Below, piece after piece: positions 28,022-38,661 of a DNA stretch of 64,000 nt; within the stretch, counting starts at the first letter, position 1; each line of letters begins with the position of its first letter. The notes under the pieces were generated by a model, which saw nothing but the letters and a program-made list of their open reading frames with translations, did not search any database and was not told the DNA's origin. The DNA is taken from assembly GCA_964460845.1 (NCBI GenBank), contig CAYWRZ010000002.1, positions 17,835 through 81,834 on the forward strand. The letters run 5' to 3'. Made by a program: the position numbers and the translations under genes. Source of the DNA: an uncultured Weeksellaceae bacterium. Its GTDB lineage: Bacteria > Bacteroidota > Bacteroidia > Flavobacteriales_D > UBA2798.

Positions 28022-30580
28022 TTATTCCTCAGAATTAGGACTTTCCTCTTCCTTTTTGCTGGCAGGCTTCTTTTTATTTTTTTGCACTTTGATAATCAAT
28101 TCTTTTTTCTCTTTCTCGAGGCTCACCAGTATAGTGTCGCCCTCGGTAAGGTTGGATTTGATGATCTCTTCGGCCAGCGGATCTTCGAGGTATTTCTGAA
28201 TGGCACGTTTGAGCGGACGGGCACCGAATTTTTCATCGAAACCGTTTTCGCTGATGTAATCTTTGGCATCGTCGGTCAGCTCGATTTTGTAACCGAGCTC
28301 GTGAATCCGTGAATACAGCTTGGCCAGTTCGATGTCGATAATCTGATGAATGTCTTCCCGTTTCAGTGAGTTGAACATCACCACATCGTCGATACGGTTT
28401 AAAAACTCGGGCGCAAAGGCACGACGTAAAGCCGATTCGAGGATACCCTGCGCATCGCGCGAAACATTCTCTGTTTTAGCTTTGGTGCCAAATCCTACGC
28501 CGGTACCGAAATCAGAGAGCTGACGGGCACCGATATTGGATGTCATGATAATAATAGTATTCCGAAAATCGATTTTGCGACCAAGGCTATCTGTCATTTG
28601 TCCGTCGTCTAAGGCCTGCAGCAGCAGGTTGAACACGTCGGGATGCGCTTTCTCGATTTCGTCAAGCAGCACGATAGAATAGGGGCGGCGACGTACTTTT
28701 TCGGTCAATTGTCCGCCTTCTTCGTAACCTACGTAGCCCGGAGGCGCGCCGATAAGACGCGATACGGCGAATTTTTCCATGTATTCGCTCATGTCGATAC
28801 GAATCATGGCTTCTTCGCTGTCGAACAGGTACTTGGCCAATTCTTTGGCAAGCTGCGTTTTACCTACCCCCGTAGGCCCTAAGAAAATAAAAGAACCGAT
28901 CGGTTTGTTCGGATCTTTGAGTCCGGCCCGGTTCCGCTGAATGGCTTTTACCACTTTAACAACGGCTTCTTCCTGACCGATTACTTTACCGCGAAGGTTC
29001 TCCGCCATCTGTACCAGGCGACCGCTTTCTTTCTGCGCAATACGTTGCACAGGGATTCCTGTCATCATGGCCACCACTTCGGCCACATTGTCTTCCGTGA
29101 CCGTTACCCGTTGCAAACGGGATTCCTCTTCCCACTTTTTCTTGGCGGCTTCCAACTGTTCTTGCAACTGACGTTCGGTATCACGGAGCTTGGCCGCTTC
29201 TTCGTATTTTTGGCTGCGTACCACGTTGTTTTTCTCTTCCTTGATCTCTTCGATTTTCTTTTCGATATCAAGGATATTTTTCGGCACGTTGATGTTGGAC
29301 AGGTGTACTCTTGAACCCACTTCATCCAGCGCATCAATGGCTTTGTCGGGCAAATGACGGTCGGTAATGTAACGGGCAGTCAGCTTTACACAGGCAGTCA
29401 CCGCCTCAGGCGTATAGGTCACATTGTGGTGATCCTCGTATTTTTCTTTAATGTTGTTGAGAATCTGAATGGTTTCATCTACAGAAGTAGGTTCTACCAG
29501 CACTTTTTGGAAACGGCGTTCCAGCGCTCCGTCTTTCTCAATGTACTGACGGTATTCGTCGAGCGTGGTAGCGCCGATGCACTGAATTTCTCCACGGGCA
29601 AGCGCGGGTTTGAACATGTTGGAAGCATCGAGCGAACCCGAAGCACCGCCGGCACCGATAATCGTGTGTATCTCGTCGATAAACAGAATTACGTCGGGCG
29701 ATTTTTCCAGCTCGTTCATCACGGCTTTCATACGCTCTTCAAATTGTCCACGGTATTTGGTGCCCGCTACCAGCGAAGCCAAATCGAGCGATACTACCCG
29801 TTTACCGAAAAGCACACGCGATACCTTGCGTTGCACAATGCGCAGCGCCAACCCCTCGGCAATGGCCGATTTACCCACACCGGGCTCACCGATAAGAATA
29901 GGGTTGTTTTTCTTGCGGCGCGAAAGAATCTGACATACGCGCTCAATCTCGGCTTCACGACCTACAATGGGATCGAGACGGTCTTCCTCGGCCATTTTGG
30001 TTAAGTCACGGCCGAAGTTGTCAAGTACCGGTGTTTTTGATTTGGAATCGCTTCTTCTGGGAGTCTGGGAAAAAGAATCCCCTGCGTTCTCATCATCGTC
30101 ATCAGCCGGGTTATTAGGCATTTCTGCCCGGGGGTAGTTCTGATCTTTCTGCATAGTATCAAGTTCTTCTTTAACGGAATTGTAATCGATTTTAAAACGG
30201 TGGAGCGAACGGGTCGCTACATTCTCTTCATCTTTCAGAATAGAAAGCAGCAAATGCTCCGTGCCGATAATGGAACTTTTGAACAGACGTGCCTCTAAAT
30301 AAGTGACTTTAAGCACTTTCTCGGCCTGTTTTACCAAAGGTAAATTGCCAACGTTCAGGGCTTTCGACTGACCCGGACTCAGATTTTTCTCCAATTCACG
30401 GCGCAATTCCCGAATGTCGGTGCCCAGGTTGCGGATGATCCGCACGGCTTTTCCTTCTCCTTCACGGATAATTCCCAGCAATAAATGCTCTACTCCGATA
30501 TAATCATGCCCTAATCGGAGGGCTTCCTCACGACTAAAGGTTATTACATCTTTGACCCTCGGCGAAAACTTGGCTTCCAT
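28022..30580 (-). CDS. clpC: ATP-dependent Clp protease ATP-binding subunit ClpC
   Basis: Clp_N repeats. Two AAA+ modules (GEPGVGKSAI, GPTGVGKTQLAK). UVR-like coiled coil. I prefer ATG 30580 (MEAKFSPRVKDV...) over GTG 30640, because a -7 box lies at 30653-30646. Confidence 0.9.
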   Translation of the reverse strand: MEAKFSPRVKDVITFSREEALRLGHDYIGVEHLLLGIIREGEGKAVRIIRNLGTDIRELRRELEKNLSPGQSKALNVGNLPLVKQAEKVLKVTYLEARLFKSSIIGTEHLLLSILKDEENVATRSLHRFKIDYNSVKEELDTMQKDQNYPRAEMPNNPADDDDENAGDSFSQTPRRSDSKSKTPVLDNFGRDLTKMAEEDRLDPIVGREAEIERVCQILSRRKKNNPILIGEPGVGKSAIAEGLALRIVQRKVSRVLFGKRVVSLDLASLVAGTKYRGQFEERMKAVMNELEKSPDVILFIDEIHTIIGAGGASGSLDASNMFKPALARGEIQCIGATTLDEYRQYIEKDGALERRFQKVLVEPTSVDETIQILNNIKEKYEDHHNVTYTPEAVTACVKLTARYITDRHLPDKAIDALDEVGSRVHLSNINVPKNILDIEKKIEEIKEEKNNVVRSQKYEEAAKLRDTERQLQEQLEAAKKKWEEESRLQRVTVTEDNVAEVVAMMTGIPVQRIAQKESGRLVQMAENLRGKVIGQEEAVVKVVKAIQRNRAGLKDPNKPIGSFIFLGPTGVGKTQLAKELAKYLFDSEEAMIRIDMSEYMEKFAVSRLIGAPPGYVGYEEGGQLTEKVRRRPYSIVLLDEIEKAHPDVFNLLLQALDDGQMTDSLGRKIDFRNTIIIMTSNIGARQLSDFGTGVGFGTKAKTENVSRDAQGILESALRRAFAPEFLNRIDDVVMFNSLKREDIHQIIDIELAKLYSRIHELGYKIELTDDAKDYISENGFDEKFGARPLKRAIQKYLEDPLAEEIIKSNLTEGDTILVSLEKEKKELIIKVQKNKKKPASKKEEESPNSEE

Positions 30581-30645
30581 GGTGTTTGTCCTTCCCGAAA
30601 ATACGTAGCAAATGCCGGGTAAATGCAGCCCGGCTGCCACTTTTT

Positions 30646-30653
30646 CAAAATTA
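30646..30653 (-). promoter_or_regulatory. -7 promoter box (TAATTTTG) upstream of clpC
   Basis: The reverse complement of caaaatta is a perfect TAnnTTTG match. The ATG is at 30580. Confidence 0.4.
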
Positions 30654-30815
30654 GTTACTAACAGTCTTGAGAACCTGTGTATAACCTCTTTTTTTCAACA
30701 GATTTTTGTTTAAAATATTGCGTGGTTAAAACACTAATTTCCTTAGGAAAATCAGTATCTTCGGCCTCCTTTCATCGATTCGCAAGAATCGTGCAACAGA
30801 TTAACCACAGACATT

Positions 30816-33365
30816 ATGGCAGAAGAAGCAGGCGAAAAGATAATCTCTATCAATATTGAGGAGGAAATGAAGTCGGCCTACATCGATTATTCGATGTCGG
30901 TAATTGTGTCAAGGGCGCTGCCGGATGTGCGCGACGGGCTTAAGCCCGTACATCGGAGAGTGCTGTTCGGAATGCAGGAGCTCGGGGTGTTGTCTAACAG
31001 ACCCTATAAAAAATCGGCAAGGATAGTCGGGGAAGTGATGGGTAAATACCACCCTCACGGCGATTCCTCGGTGTACGACACTATGGTGCGTATGGCACAG
31101 CCCTGGTCACTGCGTTATCCGCTGGTAGAAGGGCAGGGTAACTTCGGTTCGGTTGACGGCGACAATCCCGCTGCCATGCGTTATACCGAAGCACGTCTGC
31201 AAAAAATTGCCGAAGAGCTGCTTGCCGATATTGACAAAGACACTGTCGATTTCCGTCCTAACTTCGACGATTCGCTCGAAGAGCCTACCGTGCTTCCCAG
31301 CCGGGTGCCCACGCTGCTGGTCAACGGTTCTTCAGGTATTGCAGTGGGTATGGCCACCAATATGCCCCCGCATAACCTGACCGAAGTGATCAATGGCATT
31401 ATCGCGTATATAGATGATCGCGAAATTGATACCGCCGGACTCATGCAGCACATCAAAGCACCCGATTTTCCTACCGGAGGCATTATATACGGTTACGACG
31501 GAGTGAAAAAAGCCTTTGAAGAAGGTAAAGGGCGCGTAGTAATGCGGGCAAAAACCAATATCGAAGAAATCAGTGGCGCAAGAGAAGCCATCATCGTGAC
31601 CGAAATTCCCTATATGGTGAACAAGGCTGAGATGATCCGCAAAACTGCCGATCTGGTCGAAGATAAAAAAATTGAAGGTATCTCCGATATCCGCGATGAA
31701 TCGGACCGCAACGGAATGCGTATCGTCTATGAACTGAAACGTGACGCCATCGCCAACGTGGTCTTAAATAATCTCTACAAGCACACTGATTTACAAAGCT
31801 CTTTTTCAGTTAGTAACGTGGCGTTAGTAGGAGGGAGACCTCTGATACTTAACCTGAAGACGATGATTACCCACTTCGTGGATCACCGTCACGAAGTAGT
31901 GGTACGTCGTACCCGCTTTGAGCTGCGTAAAGCCGAAGAAAGGGCGCATATCCTCGAAGGACTCATTATCGCTTCCGACCATATCGACGAAGTGATTGCG
32001 CTGATCCGGAATTCGCAGAGCCCCGACGAAGCCCGTGAAAAACTTATGGAGCGCTTTAACCTCAGCGAGATACAGTCAAGGGCCATTGTAGAAATGCGTC
32101 TGCGTCAGCTCACCGGTTTGGAACAGGATAAGCTGCGTGCCGAATATGCTGACATCATGGAACTGATAAAGCGCTTGAAAGCCTTGCTCGACGACGAAGG
32201 ACTTCGTATGCAGGTGATTAAGGACGAGTTGGTTGAAATTCGGGAAAAATACGGCGACGAGCGTCGTACTTATATAGAATATGCCGCCGGCGATTTCCGT
32301 GTAGAAGACATGATTCCTGACGATGAAATGGTCATCACCATTTCTCACCTCGGCTATATTAAGCGTACTCCGCTTCGCGAATACCGTACACAGGGTCGCG
32401 GTGGTACCGGAGCCCGCGGAAGCGCTACCCGCGATGAAGATTTTCTGGAACACATCTTTACCGCTACCAACCACGATTACCTACTGATTTTCACCGAAAA
32501 AGGCAAGTGTTTTTGGTTCAGGGTGTTTGAAGTTCCCGAAGGCAATAAAACGGCCAAAGGCAGAGCGATTCAAAACCTTATTAATATTGAACAGGACGAT
32601 AAGGTGCGTACCTATATTAATGTAAAAGACCTGACCAATCCCGAATCCAATGCCGGAAAATCGATTATTCTTTGCACCAAGCGTGGAGTGATCAAAAAAA
32701 CGGAGCTGGCAGCTTATTCGCGTCCACGCCAATCGGGGATCAACGCGATTAACATTCGTGAAAACGATACATTGCTTGAAGCCCGCCTTACCGATAGCAA
32801 CAGTCATGTAATGATGGCGCTGCGTTCGGGACGAGCCATCCTGTTTGCTGCCGACGAGGTGCGTGATATGGGGCGTACGGCCACCGGAGTAAGAGGTATC
32901 CGTATTGCGGAAGAAAGCGGCGACGAAGTAATCGGCATGATTTGTCTTGATAATATCGACGAAAATGAAGTGCTGGTGGTTTCCGAAAAAGGCTACGGCA
33001 AACGTTCCAAAGCCAATGAGTACCGCATTACCGGAAGGGGAGGTAAAGGGGTTAAAACGCTCAATATCACTGATAAAACAGGGCATTTGGTCGCCATTAA
33101 AACCGTTACCGACGAGAACGACCTTATGATCATTACCAAGTCGGGCATTACCATTCGTATTCCCGCCAACGAACTTCGGGTAATGGGTCGTGTCACACAG
33201 GGTGTAAGGCTCATTACGCTGAAAGGAAACGAGGCCATTGCTTCCGTAGCGGTAGTGAACCGCACTGAAGACGACGAAGAAGAAGCCGGTGCTGCAGGCG
33301 AGAATACCGCTCCTTCAGAAGGTACACCCGATGGCACGGAAATTGACAATTCTATTGTGGAATAA
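30816..33365 (+). CDS. gyrA: DNA gyrase subunit A
   Basis: [28 protein letters not shown], the AAMRYTE active-site Tyr context, beta-pinwheel CTD repeats, and an acidic tail. Confidence 0.97.
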   Translation: MAEEAGEKIISINIEEEMKSAYIDYSMSVIVSRALPDVRDGLKPVHRRVLFGMQELGVLSNRPYKKSARIVGEVMGKYHPHGDSSVYDTMVRMAQPWSLRYPLVEGQGNFGSVDGDNPAAMRYTEARLQKIAEELLADIDKDTVDFRPNFDDSLEEPTVLPSRVPTLLVNGSSGIAVGMATNMPPHNLTEVINGIIAYIDDREIDTAGLMQHIKAPDFPTGGIIYGYDGVKKAFEEGKGRVVMRAKTNIEEISGAREAIIVTEIPYMVNKAEMIRKTADLVEDKKIEGISDIRDESDRNGMRIVYELKRDAIANVVLNNLYKHTDLQSSFSVSNVALVGGRPLILNLKTMITHFVDHRHEVVVRRTRFELRKAEERAHILEGLIIASDHIDEVIALIRNSQSPDEAREKLMERFNLSEIQSRAIVEMRLRQLTGLEQDKLRAEYADIMELIKRLKALLDDEGLRMQVIKDELVEIREKYGDERRTYIEYAAGDFRVEDMIPDDEMVITISHLGYIKRTPLREYRTQGRGGTGARGSATRDEDFLEHIFTATNHDYLLIFTEKGKCFWFRVFEVPEGNKTAKGRAIQNLINIEQDDKVRTYINVKDLTNPESNAGKSIILCTKRGVIKKTELAAYSRPRQSGINAINIRENDTLLEARLTDSNSHVMMALRSGRAILFAADEVRDMGRTATGVRGIRIAEESGDEVIGMICLDNIDENEVLVVSEKGYGKRSKANEYRITGRGGKGVKTLNITDKTGHLVAIKTVTDENDLMIITKSGITIRIPANELRVMGRVTQGVRLITLKGNEAIASVAVVNRTEDDEEEAGAAGENTAPSEGTPDGTEIDNSIVE

Positions 33366-33414
33366 TCTTGTGTAACACATCTATCTTGTGAATAGAAACA
33401 AAAACCGCTCTATC

Positions 33415-34608
33415 ATGAACCCAATCAAGAAATCGCTGCTTACGGTACTGGCTTTTTCGGTCGTGCTTACAGCCGCGCAGGCACAGGTAAATAACCGTAC
33501 CAACGCTTTCCTGTCGTATAAAAGCTTTACTTCCTCTTTGCAGAAAGGAGAAACTGAAGCGGCGAAGAAGCACTTGCTCTCTGCCAAAGAATACATCGAC
33601 AAAGCCGCCGCACACGCCGATACGGAAAGAGATGCCCGTACGCTTTATTACAAAGGGGAGATTTACACCTCATTGGCTGTATTTGCGCTCGACCCCGAGA
33701 TGAAAAGCTACGCAAGCGAAGAGAATATTCGTGCCGGACTGGATGCTTACAAAGCTTCCATCGCGAACAAAACGAAAAAAGACGACTACACGCGTGAAAT
33801 CACCCAAAAGGTGAGTATGCTCAACTATCAGAGTGCGACGGTAGCTACCGAGATGTACAACAAAAAAGAATATAAAACCGCATTCGAGGGTTTTGTAACT
33901 GCCTATGAAGTACTCACCGTGCTCAACCAGCTCGATACCTCTTCTGCCTTCAACGCCGGACTTTGCGCCGACATTCTGAAAGATTACGACAATGCCGAGA
34001 AGTATTTCCGTATTTGTCTTGATGCCGGTTACCGTGGTGCGCCCATGCATGTCACTTATATCAACGTGCTGCTCGATGCCGAGCGTCATGAGGATGCGCT
34101 AAAAGCCATTCGCGAAGCCCGAAGCAAATACCCCAAAGATCGCGACCTGATCATTACCGAGCTTTCTTATTACCTCCAAAAAGGCGATAACGAAGCCTCC
34201 GAAAAAGTGCTGCAGGAAGCCGTAGAAGCCGATCCCAACAACCCGCTGCTGTATTTCAGCGCCGGAGTGGTGTACGATAACCTTAAAAAATACGAAGAGG
34301 CTATCAAAGCTTACGAAAAAGCGATCAGTCTTAACCCCGAATACTTCGATGCCTATTTTAACCTGGGTGCAGTGTACCACAACGAGGCAGCCGATATGTA
34401 CAACAAGCTGAACGACATTACCGACAACAAAGAATACGAGAAAGGCCGCGTGGTAGCCGATGCCCGCATCAAAGAAGCGTTGCCTTACCTTGAAAAAGCC
34501 CGTTCGCTGAATCCCGACGATCGCGATAACCTTATTATGCTGCGTAACGTTTACGGCCGTTTGAACGAGACCGATAAATGGAACGAAGTAAACGAGCTGC
34601 TGAAATAA
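33415..34608 (+). CDS. TPR-repeat secreted protein
   Basis: Signal peptide MNPIKKSLLTVLAFSVVLTAAQAQ starts at ATG 33415 (the track start 33388 is GTG). Repeated TPR-like helices (AIKAYEKAISLNPEYFDAYFNLG). Confidence 0.75.
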   Translation: MNPIKKSLLTVLAFSVVLTAAQAQVNNRTNAFLSYKSFTSSLQKGETEAAKKHLLSAKEYIDKAAAHADTERDARTLYYKGEIYTSLAVFALDPEMKSYASEENIRAGLDAYKASIANKTKKDDYTREITQKVSMLNYQSATVATEMYNKKEYKTAFEGFVTAYEVLTVLNQLDTSSAFNAGLCADILKDYDNAEKYFRICLDAGYRGAPMHVTYINVLLDAERHEDALKAIREARSKYPKDRDLIITELSYYLQKGDNEASEKVLQEAVEADPNNPLLYFSAGVVYDNLKKYEEAIKAYEKAISLNPEYFDAYFNLGAVYHNEAADMYNKLNDITDNKEYEKGRVVADARIKEALPYLEKARSLNPDDRDNLIMLRNVYGRLNETDKWNEVNELLK

Positions 34609-34634
34609 ATAAGCACCGGCTCTATTTCAGTAAA

Positions 34635-34671
34635 GTCCCTTTAGCTTATCGGTTAAAGGGATTTTGCTTTT
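34635..34671 (+). terminator. rho-independent terminator after the TPR gene
   Basis: Stem tcccttta (34636-34643) / taaaggga (34654-34661), followed by TTTTGCTTTT. Confidence 0.75.
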
Positions 34672-34698
34672 GGTGGTATGAGGAGAACAAGGAGGGGA

Positions 34699-35190
34699 TC
34701 AGATACACTTAAAATAATCGAAGGGTTCCAGGCAGCTTGTGCAACGGTACAAGGCTTTGCAGGAAGTAGATCCAAACTGGCTGACCATCTCCGTTTCGGT
34801 CGAACCGCAACGCGGACACTTCACCACACGCGGCTGTAAGCCCAGCAACACACGCTTATCGGCCGAAGAATGCTCGGGGGGGGCAATGCCGTATTCGCGT
34901 AGCTTTTCTTTCGCTTCTTCGTTCAGCCAGTCGGTAGTCCAGGCAGGGGCATAGACCGTTTCTATTTTCAGACTTTCGATTCCTTGATCGTAAAGCCTTG
35001 TACGGATGTCTTTTTCTATTTGGGTCATGGCCGGACAACCCGAATAAGTGGGGGTAATACGAACGGTAACTTTATCCGTATCCGTATCGATACTGCGTAC
35101 AATGCCTAAATCTACAATGCTGATCACGGGTATTTCCGGATCAGGAATTTCCGAAAGCCAATGGAGAATATCGTCTTTTGAAGGGATCAA
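34699..35190 (-). CDS. paaD: 1,2-phenylacetyl-CoA epoxidase subunit D
   Basis: DPEIPVISIVDLGIVR (DUF59-like) plus a C-terminal zinc ribbon CPRCGS...CTSC. The only available start upstream of the conserved region is TTG 35190. Confidence 0.85.
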   Translation of the reverse strand: MIPSKDDILHWLSEIPDPEIPVISIVDLGIVRSIDTDTDKVTVRITPTYSGCPAMTQIEKDIRTRLYDQGIESLKIETVYAPAWTTDWLNEEAKEKLREYGIAPPEHSSADKRVLLGLQPRVVKCPRCGSTETEMVSQFGSTSCKALYRCTSCLEPFDYFKCI

Positions 35191-35200
35191 AATCGGAAGC

Positions 35201-35311
35201 TTAGAGAAAAAATACGGCCGCTATTACAAAGATCAGTATAATTATGATATACTGCCAAAAATCGACAAAATAAGGGTAATACCGACGGTAAATGCTTTTC
35301 AGATGCTTCAT
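35201..35311 (-). CDS. 36-aa hydrophobic small ORF between paaC and paaD (unannotated in the track)
   Basis: Hand translation gives MKHLKSIYRRYYPYFVDFWQYIIIILIFVIAAVFFL*. Its ATG is 6 nt after the paaC stop and its stop is 10 nt before the paaD TTG. Confidence 0.35.
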   Translation of the reverse strand: MKHLKSIYRRYYPYFVDFWQYIIIILIFVIAAVFFL

Positions 35312-35317
35312 GATAAA

Positions 35318-36076
35318 TTACCATTTTGCATCGGGGTAAGCCCGGGGCAAAAATTGCAATTCGGCTAACAGGAAACCCAGGTGCTCGGTATGATTTCCTT
35401 TACGGCTTCCCCGCTGTACATGCCCGTCTGTAGGGCGTTCGAGCGTAGCGGTGTGTAATACTTCATTTACTTGCTTGTCCCATTCGGGGCGAAGCGTAGC
35501 TAAATCGGGTGCAATGCCCTCTGCAATCAGGATTGCATCTACCTCGTCCATTTCGAACAATTCGCCGGTGTAGGGCCAAATGTCTTCAAGTGCCTGTTGT
35601 ACGCGTCGGTTACTCTCTTCGGTGCCGTCGCCCAAACGGTACATCCATTCTACCGAGTGACGGAGGTGGTATTTTACTTCTTTCAAGGATTTGGCGGCCA
35701 GCGCTGCCAGGGTAGCATCCTTACTTTGCTGTAGCTTTTTGTAGAAAAGGGTCAGGAACGAGCTGTATAAAAACTGCCGGGTAATGGTAAAGCCGAAGTC
35801 TCCTTTGGGAAGCTGTACGATCAGATTACAACGAAAATCCTGTTCGAAACGCTTATAGGCGAGATCGTCTTCGGTACGGCCTTTGCCCTCTGTCTCACCC
35901 GCGTAGCGGAGTAGGGCCGAAGCCTGTCCGAGCAGGTCGAGCGCGATATTGGAAAGGGCCAAATCCTCTTCCAGAATAGGGCCTTTGCTGCACCATTCCG
36001 AAAGGCGGTGCCCCATTATAAGTGCGTTATCGCCTAAGCGAAGGCAGTAGCTGAAAAGCGCTTCTTGAGAAGTCAT
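35318..36076 (-). CDS. paaC: 1,2-phenylacetyl-CoA epoxidase subunit C
   Basis: LFSYCLRLGDNALIMGHRLSEWCSKGPILEEDLALSNIALDLLGQA is typical of PaaC (PaaI in the old nomenclature). Confidence 0.85.
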   Translation of the reverse strand: MTSQEALFSYCLRLGDNALIMGHRLSEWCSKGPILEEDLALSNIALDLLGQASALLRYAGETEGKGRTEDDLAYKRFEQDFRCNLIVQLPKGDFGFTITRQFLYSSFLTLFYKKLQQSKDATLAALAAKSLKEVKYHLRHSVEWMYRLGDGTEESNRRVQQALEDIWPYTGELFEMDEVDAILIAEGIAPDLATLRPEWDKQVNEVLHTATLERPTDGHVQRGSRKGNHTEHLGFLLAELQFLPRAYPDAKW

Positions 36077-36090
36077 AATGAGCGTAGAAA

Positions 36091-36387
36091 TCAGATGTGT
36101 TTAGCGCCGGCGGGCATCTGGTAAAACGTGGGATGCCGGTAAATTTTGTCGTTCATCGGGTCGAAGAGCACCTCGCTGTCGTTAGGGTTGGAGGCCACAA
36201 TCGCGTCGGCGAGTACCACCCAGATGCTGGTTCCCTCGTTACGACGGGTGTAGAGGTCTCTTGCATTTTGCAAAGCCATTACTTTATCAGGGGCGTGTAA
36301 ACTGCCGGCGTGCTTATAAGGAAGACCGGATTTACTTTGGATAAAAACCTCCCAAAGAGGCCATTGTGTGTCGGTAGGCTGACTCAT
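36091..36387 (-). CDS. paaB: 1,2-phenylacetyl-CoA epoxidase subunit B
   Basis: 98 aa. PLWEVFIQSKSGLPYKHAGSLHAPD...ALQNARDLYTRR. Confidence 0.9.
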   Translation of the reverse strand: MSQPTDTQWPLWEVFIQSKSGLPYKHAGSLHAPDKVMALQNARDLYTRRNEGTSIWVVLADAIVASNPNDSEVLFDPMNDKIYRHPTFYQMPAGAKHI

Positions 36388-36400
36388 GAAAGTATTAAAG

Positions 36401-37345
36401 TTATGCGGCTGCTACTTCTTTTTGCTTTTGTTTGGCGGCGTATGCGGTAGCGGCTTCCCGCACCCAGGCACCTTCTTCATGGGCGCGAATGTGATTGGCA
36501 ATGCGCTGCTTGTTGCAGGGACCGTTGCCTTTTACCACTTCGTAAAACTCTTCCCAGTTCATTTCGCCAAAATCGTAATGGCCGCGTGCTTCGTTCCATT
36601 TCAGCTCGGGATCGGGAATGGTAAGCCCTATTATTTCGGCCTGCTGTACGGTTTTATCGATAAAACGCTGGCGAAGCTCGTCGTTCGATTCACGCTTGAT
36701 TCTCCATTTCAGGGCACGTGCGCTATTGGGAGACTCGCTGTCGTTCGGGCCGAACATCATCAGCGAAGGCCACCACCAACGGTTGAGTGCATCCTGCGCC
36801 ATTTGCTTCTGTTCGGGTGTACCGGCAGCCAGATGAGCCATCAGCTCGTAGCCCTGACGCTGGTGAAAGCTCTCTTCCTTGCAAATGCGAATCATCGCGC
36901 GCGAATAAGGTCCGTAAGAAGTACGTTGTAACGAGACCTGATTTACAATGGCGGCTCCGTCCACCAGCCAGCCTACGGCACCCATATCGGCCCAGCTTAC
37001 GGTGGGGTAGTTAAAAATGCTCGAATACTTGGCTTTGCCCTGATGCAGTTGAGAAATCAGCTCTTCGCGGCTTATACCCAGCGTTTCACAAGCGCTGTAC
37101 AGGTAAAGGCCGTGACCGGCTTCGTCCTGAATTTTAGCCAACAGGATAATTTTAGCGCGCAGACTCGGGGCACGGGTAATCCAATTGCCTTCGGGCTGCA
37201 TCCCGATAATTTCGGAATGGGCATGCTGTGACACCTGACGAATCAGATGCTTGCGGTAATCGTCGGGCATCCAGTCTCTCGGCTCAATCTTTTCATCGGC
37301 GTCCACCTTTGCCTGAAACTGCTGTTCAAATTGCGAATTTTCCAT
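36401..37345 (-). CDS. paaA: 1,2-phenylacetyl-CoA epoxidase catalytic subunit A
   Basis: 314 aa, di-iron ferritin-like protein ([29 protein letters not shown]). Confidence 0.9.
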   Translation of the reverse strand: MENSQFEQQFQAKVDADEKIEPRDWMPDDYRKHLIRQVSQHAHSEIIGMQPEGNWITRAPSLRAKIILLAKIQDEAGHGLYLYSACETLGISREELISQLHQGKAKYSSIFNYPTVSWADMGAVGWLVDGAAIVNQVSLQRTSYGPYSRAMIRICKEESFHQRQGYELMAHLAAGTPEQKQMAQDALNRWWWPSLMMFGPNDSESPNSARALKWRIKRESNDELRQRFIDKTVQQAEIIGLTIPDPELKWNEARGHYDFGEMNWEEFYEVVKGNGPCNKQRIANHIRAHEEGAWVREAATAYAAKQKQKEVAAA

Positions 37346-37486
37346 CTAAAACAAGGGGTATGTTTCAAAGCACAAGTATAAGAAATTCTGTCAAATTTTG
37401 CGCCATGAATACCGATTATTTGGCGAAGAAGCTCCTTGTAAACTGAAGGAGTAAAGCCACTTTTTTTGTCGAACAAAAAATACGGC

Positions 37487-37519
37487 ATAAAAAAAGCCTT
37501 CTCTTTTTGGGGAGAAGGC
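37487..37519 (-). terminator. rho-independent terminator downstream of the DUF3825 gene, upstream of paaA
   Basis: Stem gccttctc (37496-37503) / gagaaggc (37512-37519). On the minus strand it is followed by TTTTTTTATG. Confidence 0.7.
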
Positions 37520-37688
37520 CTATACTCAGTTTTTAGTATGTCTGAAGAAAGTTATCTTGAAGGAAAAATCGGAAAAGAAAGGGTATCTTGTGTATGACAG
37601 AGTATGATTCGGAAAATCATCTTCTTCACAAAGCTATACTTTTTTTGGGGTAAAACAAATTTTAATCGGATTAAAATCATAAAAAAAT

Positions 37689-38447
37689 TCAGGGTCTTAG
37701 CCATTCGGCATCCGGTTTGGCAAGAAGTCGGGCGTTATTAATAGCCATATCAAGTGTCAGGCAGGTGGAAGCTCTGTAGATGCCGTTTTCTTTTTCTACC
37801 ACCAGTGCCAAATCCGCTTTAGATTGGGATTGTAAGCAAAGCGGTAATAACAATTGTATCTTGCCTTTGAAATATTGAGGAATAGCCGTTTTGTAATTGC
37901 GTCGAATTCTCTTTTTCGCATCATCTACAGTGCCTTTTAACAGGGAACTGAGTTGATGCTGATCCATCTCTTTGAAAGACAAGGGAAATCGTCCTCTGTT
38001 GTCTGTAATAATATGATCCATATTAATTCGTAAGTCGAGCCGCACATCGTAGATTAAATCAGAAGGATTTTCGAAATAATTTGCCACTTCGGGTAACCTG
38101 GAGAACTTCATCAAATCGCGGTCGCTTGCTTTTTTCCAACCTAGAAAGTACCAGGGAATGGTCGTTTCGGGTCTTTTGTTTTTTTGGAAATAAGCAAAAA
38201 TTTCTTCCTGATTTTCAGTGACAAGGCCAGTGTTAAAAAGTGCATATTCTTTCTCGATCTCAATTTTACCTTCGGATTCGATTTTGGCAAAGGTGTGATG
38301 AATATAGTTTCTTAAAATAGGGTAATTTTTCAAAGGATGGGAACTGTAATCCCATTCTCCTTCATTCATCGCAGTGGCAGAAAGCTCTTTCATACTACTA
38401 CCAAAGTCAGGAAACCATACAAAACGAAAAAGCGGAGAGTTTACCAT
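37689..38447 (-). CDS. DUF3825-like protein (tentative family call)
   Basis: 252 aa. It contains YALFNTGLVTENQEEIF, and I recall FNTGL as the signature of DUF3825. A+T-richer than its neighbours: 22 G+C in the 60 nt at 37981-38040. Confidence 0.6.
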   Translation of the reverse strand: MVNSPLFRFVWFPDFGSSMKELSATAMNEGEWDYSSHPLKNYPILRNYIHHTFAKIESEGKIEIEKEYALFNTGLVTENQEEIFAYFQKNKRPETTIPWYFLGWKKASDRDLMKFSRLPEVANYFENPSDLIYDVRLDLRINMDHIITDNRGRFPLSFKEMDQHQLSSLLKGTVDDAKKRIRRNYKTAIPQYFKGKIQLLLPLCLQSQSKADLALVVEKENGIYRASTCLTLDMAINNARLLAKPDAEWLRP

Positions 38448-38634
38448 AAAATAAAAAAGTGTTAAAAGATGATTTACAATTGATACCCTCTTGATTCACG
38501 TACACAACTATCAGACCCGAAGTGTTTCGCCGTGTCAATATGTCAGCCATATTTGTTAGGGTGAAGAAAATGCTTACATCTTGTCGGTATGCTTAACTTT
38601 CTTGTAATTTTCGCTTAAAACCCGTTAAGAATTG

Positions 38635-38642
38635 TAAATTTG
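38635..38642 (+). promoter_or_regulatory. -7 promoter box (TAAATTTG) upstream of paaE
   Basis: Perfect TAnnTTTG match. The motif ends at 38642 and the ATG is at 38662. Confidence 0.4.
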
Positions 38643-38661
38643 ACGGCTTAAAAAAGAACGA

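Noticed and set aside
38472-38639. 10-bp inverted repeats flanking 148 bp in a divergent promoter region, considered as an invertible promoter switch (inverton)
   Set aside because: The arms are short compared with known Bacteroidota invertons. No recombinase gene is nearby. The candidate promoter box overlaps the repeat rather than lying inside the invertible segment. I kept it only as a possible shared regulatory motif.
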